This document shows positions 1 to 8,662 of a DNA stretch of 16,588 nucleotides, one piece after another. The notes beneath the pieces were generated by a model. The model ran no database searches and had not been told where the DNA came from. It saw nothing but the letters and a program-made list of their open reading frames with translations. The DNA is taken from the NCBI GenBank assembly GCA_016930515.1, contig JAFGGO010000001.1, positions 1 through 16,588 on the forward strand. The letters are read 5' to 3'. This DNA comes from Promethearchaeota archaeon (GTDB lineage Archaea > Asgardarchaeota > Lokiarchaeia > Sigyniarchaeales > SOKP01). The position numbers and the translations under genes were made by a program. Position 1 is the first letter of the stretch. Each line of letters starts with the position of its first letter.

Positions 1-493
1 AAAAATTTATTTTAAATTGGCGGATTTTAATAAAATCGTCGAAATGTTTTTGTTCGAAATAATCCTCAAAAGTTTGTTTGAATATTTCTTCCATTATATT
101 AATTCCTGAATTCAAACCATTCATGTCTTTAGCGAGCAAGAGCATGTATTTTGGAGTTGATATTAAATAAAATTTATTAGGTGATATATCTATATTTATG
201 TGTTTATTGAGTATTTCGTTAGTGTTTTCAACTTGGTCTCCCGTAGTAAAAAGCAAGATTAAATAGTTTTCTGAATATTCTTCCTTAAGGTATGTATCTC
301 TTATACCAGAAGCAACAAGAGAGTTTTTTGTGTATTTCTTAAAGATGTTTTGAAGTCGAGTTATTTCCTTTCTGAATTTATTTTTATTGTGATAAAAAAT
401 GAATTTTTCACTAAGAGCAAGAGGCTCACCATCTTGATACTCGAATTTCCCAATATCCTTCTCGAATTTAAATTCTCTAAGATAATCGTACAT
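1..493 (-). CDS. Hypothetical protein, partial (open off the left edge); weak resemblance to the GH20 N-terminal 'domain 2' fold
   Basis: Not in the ORF track. Manual translation from ATG 493 gives 164 stop-free codons (MYDYLREFKFEKDIGKF...KFYLISTPKYMLLLAKDMNGLNSGINIMEEIF...). An SD-like GTGAGG lies just upstream. Confidence 0.8.
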   Translation of the reverse strand, partial: MYDYLREFKFEKDIGKFEYQDGEPLALSEKFIFYHNKNKFRKEITRLQNIFKKYTKNSLVASGIRDTYLKEEYSENYLILLFTTGDQVENTNEILNKHINIDISPNKFYLISTPKYMLLLAKDMNGLNSGINIMEEIFKQTFEDYFEQKHFDDFIKIRQFKINF

Positions 494-690
494 AATTAAC
501 CTCACTTATTCTATAAATTTTAACGATAAATAATTATTATAAAATAGGATTCCTAATTAAAGTTCCTTCTTATGTAATAAAAATTCAGTCTTTCAAGGCA
601 TCTAAATCATAAAAAAAGCTAAAGGATATGAAACATAAATTAAATCAGATATTAATAATCGATTTACACTCTCCAAGATGAATAATTGAG

Positions 691-1674
691 ATGAAACTTT
701 TTCGCGATAATCCTGGAAAAAATCTCTTTTTAGCACCCTTGCAGAATGTAACAACCGCTCCTTTTCGAAACTTTTGCAGGCAATATTTTAACATCGGCTT
801 GGTTTGCACACCAATGATTTACATGAAAAGACTTTCAAAAAGCCCAAAATCCGTGAGTCATGAATTACATGGAATCGAAAAAGAGAGGCCCATAAGCGTT
901 CAAATCATTGGTAATGACCCGAAAGATTTAATCGCTTCAATTGATTTTTTAGAGAGTTATAAATTTGACATATTAGATATTAATGCCGGTTGCCCGTCTA
1001 AAAGAGCCCTTAATTCGAAGGAAGGAGGGTACCTTTTAAAAAATCTTCCCGTTCTTGAATCGTTACTAAATCTTGCCGTGAAACATTCTTCAAGACCCAT
1101 TTCTCTCAAAACAAGGATTGGTTTTGATAATACAAATATTATTGAAAAACTAGGAAGAATTATTAACGAATCGGGTATAATCTTTGTTACCGTTCATGCA
1201 AGAACTGTTTTAAACAAATTTGACGATAAGAGATTAGACCTTGAAAAAATTAAAAATCTTAAAAAAATCATCAAAATCCCCTTGATTGGTAATGGAGATA
1301 TAAACGACCCAGTTTCCGCTAAAAAATTCCTAGAAAAAACTAATGTGGATGGGCTAATGATAGGAAGAGGAGCCATGGGACGACCAGAAATATTTACACT
1401 CATTCACGATTATCTGATAAATGATAAATTACGAGAATTTAACAACAATTTAAAGCATTTTAAGCACCATATGGCCCTGTACGAGATAATGATTAACGAT
1501 TTCTTGGAGGGTGCTCCATTGAGATATTCGTCCGAGCATTATAAATTCGCAGAACTAAAGAGAAACGCAATATGGTTCACAAAATACATCGAAGATTCTT
1601 CCTCAATGAGAGTCGAATTTGGAAAAGCAAAAATTCTAAACGATCTCAAAACTACTTTAGATTTATTCGTTTAA
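691..1674 (+). CDS. dus: tRNA-dihydrouridine synthase (Dus family, FMN-dependent)
   Basis: Motifs LAPLQNVT, QIIG, DINAGCP (catalytic Cys), LKTRIG, VHART, GNGDI and MIGRGA. Confidence 0.93.
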   Translation: MKLFRDNPGKNLFLAPLQNVTTAPFRNFCRQYFNIGLVCTPMIYMKRLSKSPKSVSHELHGIEKERPISVQIIGNDPKDLIASIDFLESYKFDILDINAGCPSKRALNSKEGGYLLKNLPVLESLLNLAVKHSSRPISLKTRIGFDNTNIIEKLGRIINESGIIFVTVHARTVLNKFDDKRLDLEKIKNLKKIIKIPLIGNGDINDPVSAKKFLEKTNVDGLMIGRGAMGRPEIFTLIHDYLINDKLREFNNNLKHFKHHMALYEIMINDFLEGAPLRYSSEHYKFAELKRNAIWFTKYIEDSSSMRVEFGKAKILNDLKTTLDLFV

Positions 1675-1739
1675 ACTTAAATTTAAATGCCCAAAAATAT
1701 TTATATTTCATTAAGGAGAGAAAATATTGAGATGAAGAA

Positions 1740-2405
1740 ATGAGACATAAAATGATAATAGGATGGGCTTTTGTTCTTATAATCGTGTCATTATTAGGGT
1801 TAATATTCATTGAATACCCCTTAATCGTCAACACGATGATTCCAGTTGAGGTAGTAGTAGCTTCTTCGATAATTCCATTAGTTTATATAGATAAACGCTT
1901 GGATTCAAATGGAACCCTTAAATTAAAGAAAAAAATTGGAGCTAAAGAGAAGAAAATCCCTAAAAGGAAAGATCATATTCGTGCCGAAGAAATTGAACTC
2001 TTAAATAACAAAAAAAAACGCATATTTAAACAGCCACCCATAGCAACGACCGAATCACTTGCTAAATTTGAAGAAGATATTGACTTGAATTTAGAGGAAG
2101 TAAAGTTTTCAGAATCAATAAAGAGATCTAAGAGTGCACTTGATATTCTTAAAATTGGTTTTCCTAATGAGCAAGCTCTTGAAATTGTGACAAAAGAGGA
2201 AAGTTTAGAAGACATTATTAGTGAATTGAACGATCTTGAATTAAATTTCTTTTCAAGCGAGTTCTTTGAATCTTTAGACGAATTTAAATGGAAAGACGAT
2301 AATGAACTCATAGATTTTGTCAAAGATATGATGTGTTTTTCACAGAGCGAAAGACGCGCTATTATTAACGACATGAAAAATAAAAACACATTAAAATTAA
2401 TTTGA
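1740..2405 (+). CDS. Hypothetical membrane-anchored protein (1-2 N-terminal TM segments, basic linker, acidic helical C-terminal region)
   Basis: Hydrophobic IIGWAFVLIIVSLLGLIFI and IPVEVVVASSIIPLVYI, then a K-rich stretch and an acidic tail. It ends 16 bp before the next gene. Confidence 0.75.
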   Translation: MRHKMIIGWAFVLIIVSLLGLIFIEYPLIVNTMIPVEVVVASSIIPLVYIDKRLDSNGTLKLKKKIGAKEKKIPKRKDHIRAEEIELLNNKKKRIFKQPPIATTESLAKFEEDIDLNLEEVKFSESIKRSKSALDILKIGFPNEQALEIVTKEESLEDIISELNDLELNFFSSEFFESLDEFKWKDDNELIDFVKDMMCFSQSERRAIINDMKNKNTLKLI

Positions 2406-2421
2406 AAGATCTAGAGCAAAA

Positions 2422-3081
2422 ATGACAGTATCCATATCCAAGCAACAAGACATCGTGTTAAAAGTAATTCAAGATTATTTGGATAATAACAGGGCTCTAA
2501 ATCTCGAAAAAGTGATTCCCTATATACGTAATATCCTCTCGAAGAAAAAAATCAATATAAACAGCAACGGTATAAAATTAATTATTAAAAACCTTGTCGA
2601 ACAACGCCATATCATTCAAGGTTCGAAGTTAACAAGAGATGATGTGTTAAACAACGAAAATAGGAGAAACACATACGAAACGATAAAAAATAATCCAGGA
2701 TGTTATTTTAATTTCCTTAGAAAACGACTCAATCTTTCAAACCACATCATTGCATGGCACCTCAACATCTTAATGAAATTCGAATATATAAAAAAAGCTA
2801 GCTTGGACAATCACGACATCTTCTTCAGCACCGAAGTTAAAAGCAAGGATTACGAAAAACTCTACTTGTTATCAAAAAAAAAATGCAAGAGAATGCTCTC
2901 ATTCATGAAAGATTTTGATGATGGTATAACGAAAACAATGGTTTCGACTAATCTTGGCATTCACTATAATATCGTTTCAAAATACTTTGAAAAATTGTTG
3001 AAAGTGGGAATAATCAATAAAAAATCTTTTTCTAATAAAACAACCTACTTTTTAAAACAAAAATATATTTCACTCGTTTAA
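2422..3081 (+). CDS. Multi-winged-helix transcriptional regulator, archaeal type (paralog 1)
   Basis: wHTH pattern VLNNENRRNTYETIKNNPG...LNLSNHIIAWHLNILMKF, and a second HTH GITKTMVSTNLGIHYNIVSKYFEKLLKVGII. Confidence 0.8.
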   Translation: MTVSISKQQDIVLKVIQDYLDNNRALNLEKVIPYIRNILSKKKININSNGIKLIIKNLVEQRHIIQGSKLTRDDVLNNENRRNTYETIKNNPGCYFNFLRKRLNLSNHIIAWHLNILMKFEYIKKASLDNHDIFFSTEVKSKDYEKLYLLSKKKCKRMLSFMKDFDDGITKTMVSTNLGIHYNIVSKYFEKLLKVGIINKKSFSNKTTYFLKQKYISLV

Positions 3082-3296
3082 AATTCGAATTTTTGGATTG
3101 ATTTTTTAAATTTCCTTTTATCAAGACTAAATTTTAACGATCTCTCATTTTCATATGTTCTTATATTTGGATCTATCAAGGATATATTTTTATCAATGAA
3201 TGACTATTCACATATATTCTTCGAAACATTTATATATCCCGTTATATATGATCAAATAACAAAATATATAGAAATATATGATGTTTAGATAAAAAA

Positions 3297-3950
3297 ATGT
3301 CGTCATTGATATGTTTGAGCAAGGAAGAAGACGTGATTCTTGAATTGATACAAGATTACATGGAAAACAATAGGGCGTTCAAGTACGAAAAGATAGTTCC
3401 TTATATAAGAAACAATTTCGCCAGAACTTCAAGAAACATCAACGAAACGGGAATTATGAACATTTTGGAAGCGTTGGTGCAAAAAAGAGTAATTATTCCC
3501 GGTTCAAAGCTTACGAAAAGAATCGTACTTCAAAATCTAAACAGGCGAAAAATTTACGATTTCATCAAGAACAATCCGGGCTTGTATCTTAATATTATCA
3601 TTCGCAGGTTGAACATGCCAAATCACGTCATTACATGGCACTTAGATATATTAGTCAAATTTGGACAAATTAAAAAAGTCTTCTTGGATAATCACGATGC
3701 ATACTTTCATCCAAAAATAAAACCTTCTAATTATCTTTCTACTTACTTACTTTCCAATCCAAAATGCCAAAAAATTATATCTTATATAAAACAAGAAACG
3801 AATAAAAACAACACGACAAAAACTGGAATATCTAGAGCTCTCAAGATCCATTACAACACTGTATCGAAATATCTATTGAAATTAGAAAAACTTGGATTAG
3901 TCAAAAAAGAAATAATGAACCATCATAAAACATATTATAGAGTCGATTAA
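3297..3950 (+). CDS. Multi-winged-helix transcriptional regulator, archaeal type (paralog 2)
   Basis: Same motifs as 2422-3081 (GSKLT, NRR..Y..IKNNPG, NH...WHL.IL.KF, LDNHD, IHYN.VSKY..KL). Confidence 0.8.
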   Translation: MSSLICLSKEEDVILELIQDYMENNRAFKYEKIVPYIRNNFARTSRNINETGIMNILEALVQKRVIIPGSKLTKRIVLQNLNRRKIYDFIKNNPGLYLNIIIRRLNMPNHVITWHLDILVKFGQIKKVFLDNHDAYFHPKIKPSNYLSTYLLSNPKCQKIISYIKQETNKNNTTKTGISRALKIHYNTVSKYLLKLEKLGLVKKEIMNHHKTYYRVD

Positions 3951-3955
3951 AAGCT

Positions 3956-4011
3956 ATTTTTTTCTAATTTTCTAATTTTTCTCATACTTTTAAATATTAA
4001 TATAAAAAAAA
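3956..4011. terminator. Probable bidirectional oligo-T termination region between convergent genes
   Basis: T-tracts with a TTTTCTAA duplication on + after the wHTH stop, and an A-run (T-run on -) right after the mtnA stop. Confidence 0.45.
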
Positions 4012-4013
4012 GT

Positions 4014-5036
4014 CTATTTGTATTTTCTTAAGAGTTCTTCGGGAGTGAAAACGCCATCCTCAGTTATTATACCCGTCACCAGTCTGAATGGCGTGATGTC
4101 AAACGCGTAATTCAAGCATTCAACGCCATCGGGCGTAATTTGAACCTTACCAAGCACATTGCTTACTTCTTCGGCATTTCTTTGTTCAATGGTTACGTCT
4201 TCTTTCGTTTCGTGAAGCGACAAGGTCGATGTCGGTGCTGCAACATAAAAAGGAATGTTGTTATCCTTTGCGGCAAGGGCTACCATATAGGTGCCTATCT
4301 TATTAAAAACGGCATCAGAAGTAACCCGATCGGTTCCAACGATGATTTTGTTGATTTTTCCCAACATCATTAGGAGTCCAGAAGAATTATCTGAAATGAC
4401 TTTAACGGGAATATTATCGTAATGACATTCATAAGCTGTAAGCCGAGCACCTTGTAATCTTGGCCTCGTCTCATCGGCAATAACGCTAATTTGCTTTCCA
4501 GTTTCAATTGCAGCACGAATGGGTGCCAGAGCCGTTCCATATTGAACAGTTGCCAGAGAGCCCGCGTTGCAATGCGTGTGGACCACATCGCCATCATCAA
4601 GCAACTCGGCTCCATGTTTTCCTATGCTTTTATTCACATTGATATCTTCTTGGGCCATTAATTTTATTTCTTCTATGACCAGTTCTGAAATAGATGTAGG
4701 ATCGTCATAAAGGGAATTAACGATTTTCCAAATGCGATCGATTGCCCAAAAAAGATTTGATGCTGTGGGGCGCGTGCTTCGAATCTGATTAGCGGCTTGT
4801 GTCATAGATTCAAGGAATTTCTCCTTAGAGAGATTTTTGTATTCTAAAGTAGCTAGAGCCATTGCCATTGCCGCAGCAACGCCTATTGCGGGGGCACCTC
4901 GAACATTCATTACTTTTATCGCCGTTGCTACGTCTCGGTAATCATCAATTATTAGAAATTTAAGTTCATGAGGTAGGATCGTTTGGTCAATCATTTTGAC
5001 CTTATTATCTTTCGTCCATTCAATCGAAGGAATCAT
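4014..5036 (-). CDS. mtnA: S-methyl-5-thioribose-1-phosphate isomerase (eIF-2B alpha/beta/delta family)
   Basis: Motifs IDQT.LP, VRGAPAIG, RPTA.NL, THCNAGSLAT..YGTAL, DETRP.LQGARLT, NKIGTY, IEQR and FDITP. Confidence 0.92.
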   Translation of the reverse strand: MIPSIEWTKDNKVKMIDQTILPHELKFLIIDDYRDVATAIKVMNVRGAPAIGVAAAMAMALATLEYKNLSKEKFLESMTQAANQIRSTRPTASNLFWAIDRIWKIVNSLYDDPTSISELVIEEIKLMAQEDINVNKSIGKHGAELLDDGDVVHTHCNAGSLATVQYGTALAPIRAAIETGKQISVIADETRPRLQGARLTAYECHYDNIPVKVISDNSSGLLMMLGKINKIIVGTDRVTSDAVFNKIGTYMVALAAKDNNIPFYVAAPTSTLSLHETKEDVTIEQRNAEEVSNVLGKVQITPDGVECLNYAFDITPFRLVTGIITEDGVFTPEELLRKYK

Positions 5037-5235
5037 GCTATTTTTAAATGAAATAAACCTTATAAAAAAAATCGATCTCGTATAAATCCAAAAACATCCA
5101 TTATATAACTTTAAATAATTATTATAAAATTTAATCGTGAATTATTTCAAAATGCTAATTTAGAAAAGATAAACGATTAGGATTATTTTGAAAACACATA
5201 ATTTTTTTATCTTTTTTTTTTATTCCATATATGTA

Positions 5236-6120
5236 ATGTTAGATAAAAATTTGTTAAAAACTATTAAATCTCCAATAATTTCTTGTTCTCGAAGGACAGA
5301 TGCGCCAGCTTTTTTAATGGACTGGTTGATTAAAATAATAAAACAGGGTTTTGTAGATGTAGTAAATCCTTTTAATAAGAAACAGGTATCTCGCATTTCA
5401 TTACAATCCGAAGACGTGAAATGTTGGGTTTTTTGGAGCAAAGATTATAAGAATTTCATCAAATATTACAAATCGAACGCATCGCTCTTTGATAAATACG
5501 ATGGTATTTACTTTCAATTTACCATTAATTCTCCTTCCGAAATGGAGTCTTTAATGCTGAGTCCTCTTGATATTCGCTTAGAACAATTAGAGTGGCTTAT
5601 TAGAGAGTTTGGGATCGATGCGGTGAGTTACAGATTTGATCCCATAGTAATATATAAAAAAAAAGGCTCTGATAAGATATTAAGTAATTTGGATAAATTT
5701 GAATATATAATTGATAAGGTAGCAAAAATGGGCGTTGAAGAAATGATATTCTCGTTTTGCACTCTATATCCTAAAGTCATAAAACGAATGAAAGCTAGGG
5801 GAAAATGTCCCATCAATCTGGATTTAACCCAAAAGAGAAATATCTTATCGAAACTTCTCGAGATTACTAATAAGTATGGTGTGAGAATGAAAGCGTGTTG
5901 CCAACCCGAACTACTTGATATTAATACAATTAAACAAGCTCATTGTATCGATGCAAAAAGGATAGAAAAAATAACGGGAAATAAAATAGTTCAAAAAAAA
6001 GATACGGGACAAAGGAGTGATTGTGGTTGTACTGTTTCTAGGGATATAGGGGGATACGAAGGAATTTTTAGGTGCAAGCATAATTGTGATTATTGTTATG
6101 CATCTCCCATAAAAAAATGA
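5236..6120 (+). CDS. DUF1848 family protein with a C-terminal CX3CX2C Fe-S motif
   Basis: IISCSRRTDAPAF, VFWSKD, FQFTIN, YRFDPI, QRSDCGC..SRDIG.Y and CKHNCDYCYA. ATG 5236 is preferred over the track's TTG 5188, whose extension is a T-rich low-complexity stretch. Confidence 0.85.
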   Translation: MLDKNLLKTIKSPIISCSRRTDAPAFLMDWLIKIIKQGFVDVVNPFNKKQVSRISLQSEDVKCWVFWSKDYKNFIKYYKSNASLFDKYDGIYFQFTINSPSEMESLMLSPLDIRLEQLEWLIREFGIDAVSYRFDPIVIYKKKGSDKILSNLDKFEYIIDKVAKMGVEEMIFSFCTLYPKVIKRMKARGKCPINLDLTQKRNILSKLLEITNKYGVRMKACCQPELLDINTIKQAHCIDAKRIEKITGNKIVQKKDTGQRSDCGCTVSRDIGGYEGIFRCKHNCDYCYASPIKK

Positions 6121-6229
6121 ATATTTAACAGATTATTTCAATGAAAAAGACGATGATTTATTTAATTTCTTATCATTAAATTTATATTTATGATAATGTA
6201 TTTATCTTCTAAGTAAATAAATTTAATAT

Positions 6230-7075
6230 TTGAAGGAAACCGTGTCAGATTCAGAAAAAACGGAAGAAATGGAAAAATACGAGAAAGAAACAGGAAAGTT
6301 TGCAATATGGCGCGGTGTGGTCACCGAAGGATTTAAAAAATGGCAGAAAGGAGAGAAAATATACGAACAGGATAAGGAAAGAATCACAATACTGGTTTCA
6401 GAAGAAAAAAAAAACAAATGGCAAAATTTTGCAAAAAAAGGAGAATTTTCTTCCATTTCAAAATTAATTAGGGTCGCAGTTGATTCTTATATTGAAGCTC
6501 AATTTCATCAAACTTCCTTTAGAACAATATCAAAAATAACCCATGGTCTTAAAGAACCACTCACATTGATTAAAGGATTTTCCCATATTATATTGGAAAA
6601 TTATAAAGACGATTTAAAGTGGGATGTTCTCGTTAAAATTAACGATATATTCGATCAAAGCCAAATTCTTGAAAAAAGGATAAATGAGATCTCCAAACAA
6701 CAAGAACCAGAAAATGAAAATTACGAAATTCTCATTGTTGATGACGATATATCTACAATAAAGGTATTAGCTAATTTTTTTCAGATTAAAGGTTATAAAT
6801 CTAAATCTATCAATTCGGGGGCGGGTGTGCTCGGTGAAATAATTCGAAATAATCCTCAAATCATACTACTTGATATAATGTTACCTGATATTAGCGGTTA
6901 TGAAATATGCAAGCAGATAAAAAGAAACGATAATTTAAAGACTAAGCGAGTTTATTTTATCTCTGCTATTCCAAGAGACGATATTGAGAAAAAAATGGAT
7001 GAAACTAAAGCAAATGGTTATTTTCTTAAGCCATTTAATTTTTCAGAACTTAAAGAATTGTTTAAATATCTCTGA
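6230..7075 (+). CDS. Response regulator-like fusion: N-terminal motif + ribbon-helix-helix + HisKA-like segment + receiver domain
   Basis: Receiver: ILIVDDD, LLDIMLPDISG, ISA, KPF. H-box-like THGLKEPLTLIKG. RHH-like ERITILVSEEKK..W...A......ISKLIRVAVDSYI. Confidence 0.85.
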   Translation: MKETVSDSEKTEEMEKYEKETGKFAIWRGVVTEGFKKWQKGEKIYEQDKERITILVSEEKKNKWQNFAKKGEFSSISKLIRVAVDSYIEAQFHQTSFRTISKITHGLKEPLTLIKGFSHIILENYKDDLKWDVLVKINDIFDQSQILEKRINEISKQQEPENENYEILIVDDDISTIKVLANFFQIKGYKSKSINSGAGVLGEIIRNNPQIILLDIMLPDISGYEICKQIKRNDNLKTKRVYFISAIPRDDIEKKMDETKANGYFLKPFNFSELKELFKYL

Positions 7076-7213
7076 TTTTCAACATTAATTAGACTAAGAA
7101 TTTTCACCCAAAACTCTATTTGAAAGCGTTTAATACTTTAATTAATATAATTCGTAATGTTTTTATAAGTATATTTATTTGAAGTTGTTACCGCAGAAAA
7201 AAAGCAATAAATC

Positions 7214-8653
7214 ATGAACGATAAAATCAAATACGGCGTTGGAGCTTTTATCGTCGTGTTATTTCAAACCACCTTAAAAGCTATTGGCATCGTTATTACG
7301 GGGAGCTTAAGTTTCCTAAGCGAAGCCATAGATACTTTTATTGACATTGGTTTCGTATCAATCTTACTCTACTCAATGATTCAGAGCCAGAAACCCGCAG
7401 ATTACGAACACATGTATGGACACTCTAAAATAGATCCAATTGGAGCCTTGGTTCAGGGACTTGTGCTCATCATGGTTTATATAATCCTCGTTTTTAACGC
7501 CTTTCAGGCCTTAATAAGAAGAGATTTTGGAGTGGAAAACCCAGGTTTTGGTTTGATCTTGTTGATAATTTCATTATTGGTAAATATAATTTTTTCTCGT
7601 TTCCTTATGTGGAAGGGAAAGAAACAAAAAAGTATTTCTCTCCAAATTCAAGGGTTAAATTTGTTCCAGGATTCTCTAAGGGCGATATTAGTCTTAGTAA
7701 GTTTTTGTTTTGCCCTGTTTGGAATCGTGTTCTTAGATCCCATTTTTAGCATTATATTATCATTATGGATTATTTATGGAGCTTTTAAATTGTCAAAAAA
7801 GGGAATAAAAGAACTCACGGACGAAAACCCCATTAACTCATTATTACTCGAACAACTTCGTGAAAACATTTTTTACTTAGAACATGTTAACGGCATTGAA
7901 GACATTCGAGTTCGAGCAAGTGGAGATAAATTATACTTAGAAATACGCTTGGCAGTCGAAGACCATATTTCAGTAATCCATGCCAACGAAATCACCAAAT
8001 CGATTAGATCAATTGCCAAAGAGTTGATTCCTTATTATGAAATAGAATGCTTAATTGAAATGAATCCTTTAGGGGGAGAAAAATCCATTAGCGATAACTT
8101 GACCAACTTGATTTATTCTATATATACTGAATATAATCAAATCCTTAACATTAAGGATGTGAATATTTTTAGCATTGAAAAAGATCATTTTTTATCCCTA
8201 GTAATCGTTGTGGATAATACGCTTACATTAAACGAAGCTCATGAGATTTGTACTTCTTTTGAAAACGAAATTAAAAAACAGGCACCATATTTAACCAGAA
8301 TTATTTCTCACATTGAATCTTCCTCGATATTAAAAATAATCAAACCGAAACCACTCTCTTGCCGTCCTGTCGACGAAGATAGAATGAGTGAAATCAGAAC
8401 CGCAATTGAAAAGATCTTGAGAATTCACGGCGACATAAAAGGATATCACGGGTTAGAATTTTGGACAGCTGTTGATTATTGCGTGCTCGAAATTCATGTT
8501 TTTTTTGATAATGACTTAAATATTGCAGATGTCCATAAATCTCTCACGATAATAGAGGAAGAGATCAAAACTATTCTGAAGATCGAAAATTTAAAAGAGG
8601 TTATTTTGCACTCCGAACCTATAAAAGGAAGGACCGATGGTATATTTTTTTAA
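7214..8653 (+). CDS. Cation diffusion facilitator (FieF/YiiP-like) with three tandem C-terminal dimerisation domains
   Basis: TM domain with TGSLSFLSEA, KPADYEHMYGHSK and LDP. Three repeats of the CTD pattern (S/T/N)..(A/V)H...(I/H)xE. Confidence 0.9.
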   Translation: MNDKIKYGVGAFIVVLFQTTLKAIGIVITGSLSFLSEAIDTFIDIGFVSILLYSMIQSQKPADYEHMYGHSKIDPIGALVQGLVLIMVYIILVFNAFQALIRRDFGVENPGFGLILLIISLLVNIIFSRFLMWKGKKQKSISLQIQGLNLFQDSLRAILVLVSFCFALFGIVFLDPIFSIILSLWIIYGAFKLSKKGIKELTDENPINSLLLEQLRENIFYLEHVNGIEDIRVRASGDKLYLEIRLAVEDHISVIHANEITKSIRSIAKELIPYYEIECLIEMNPLGGEKSISDNLTNLIYSIYTEYNQILNIKDVNIFSIEKDHFLSLVIVVDNTLTLNEAHEICTSFENEIKKQAPYLTRIISHIESSSILKIIKPKPLSCRPVDEDRMSEIRTAIEKILRIHGDIKGYHGLEFWTAVDYCVLEIHVFFDNDLNIADVHKSLTIIEEEIKTILKIENLKEVILHSEPIKGRTDGIFF

Positions 8654-8662
8654 TTTGAATAT

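Noticed and set aside
4014-5036. Annotation as translation factor aIF-2B or ribose-1,5-bisphosphate isomerase
   Set aside because: The HCNAGSLAT..YGTA and LQGARLT motifs favour MtnA.
1194-6456. Short track ORFs 1194-1403, 1652-1834, 1973-2389, 4140-4373, 4370-4615, 5220-5441, 5628-5816 and 6223-6456
   Set aside because: They are antisense or off-frame shadows of better-supported genes, with no recognisable motifs.
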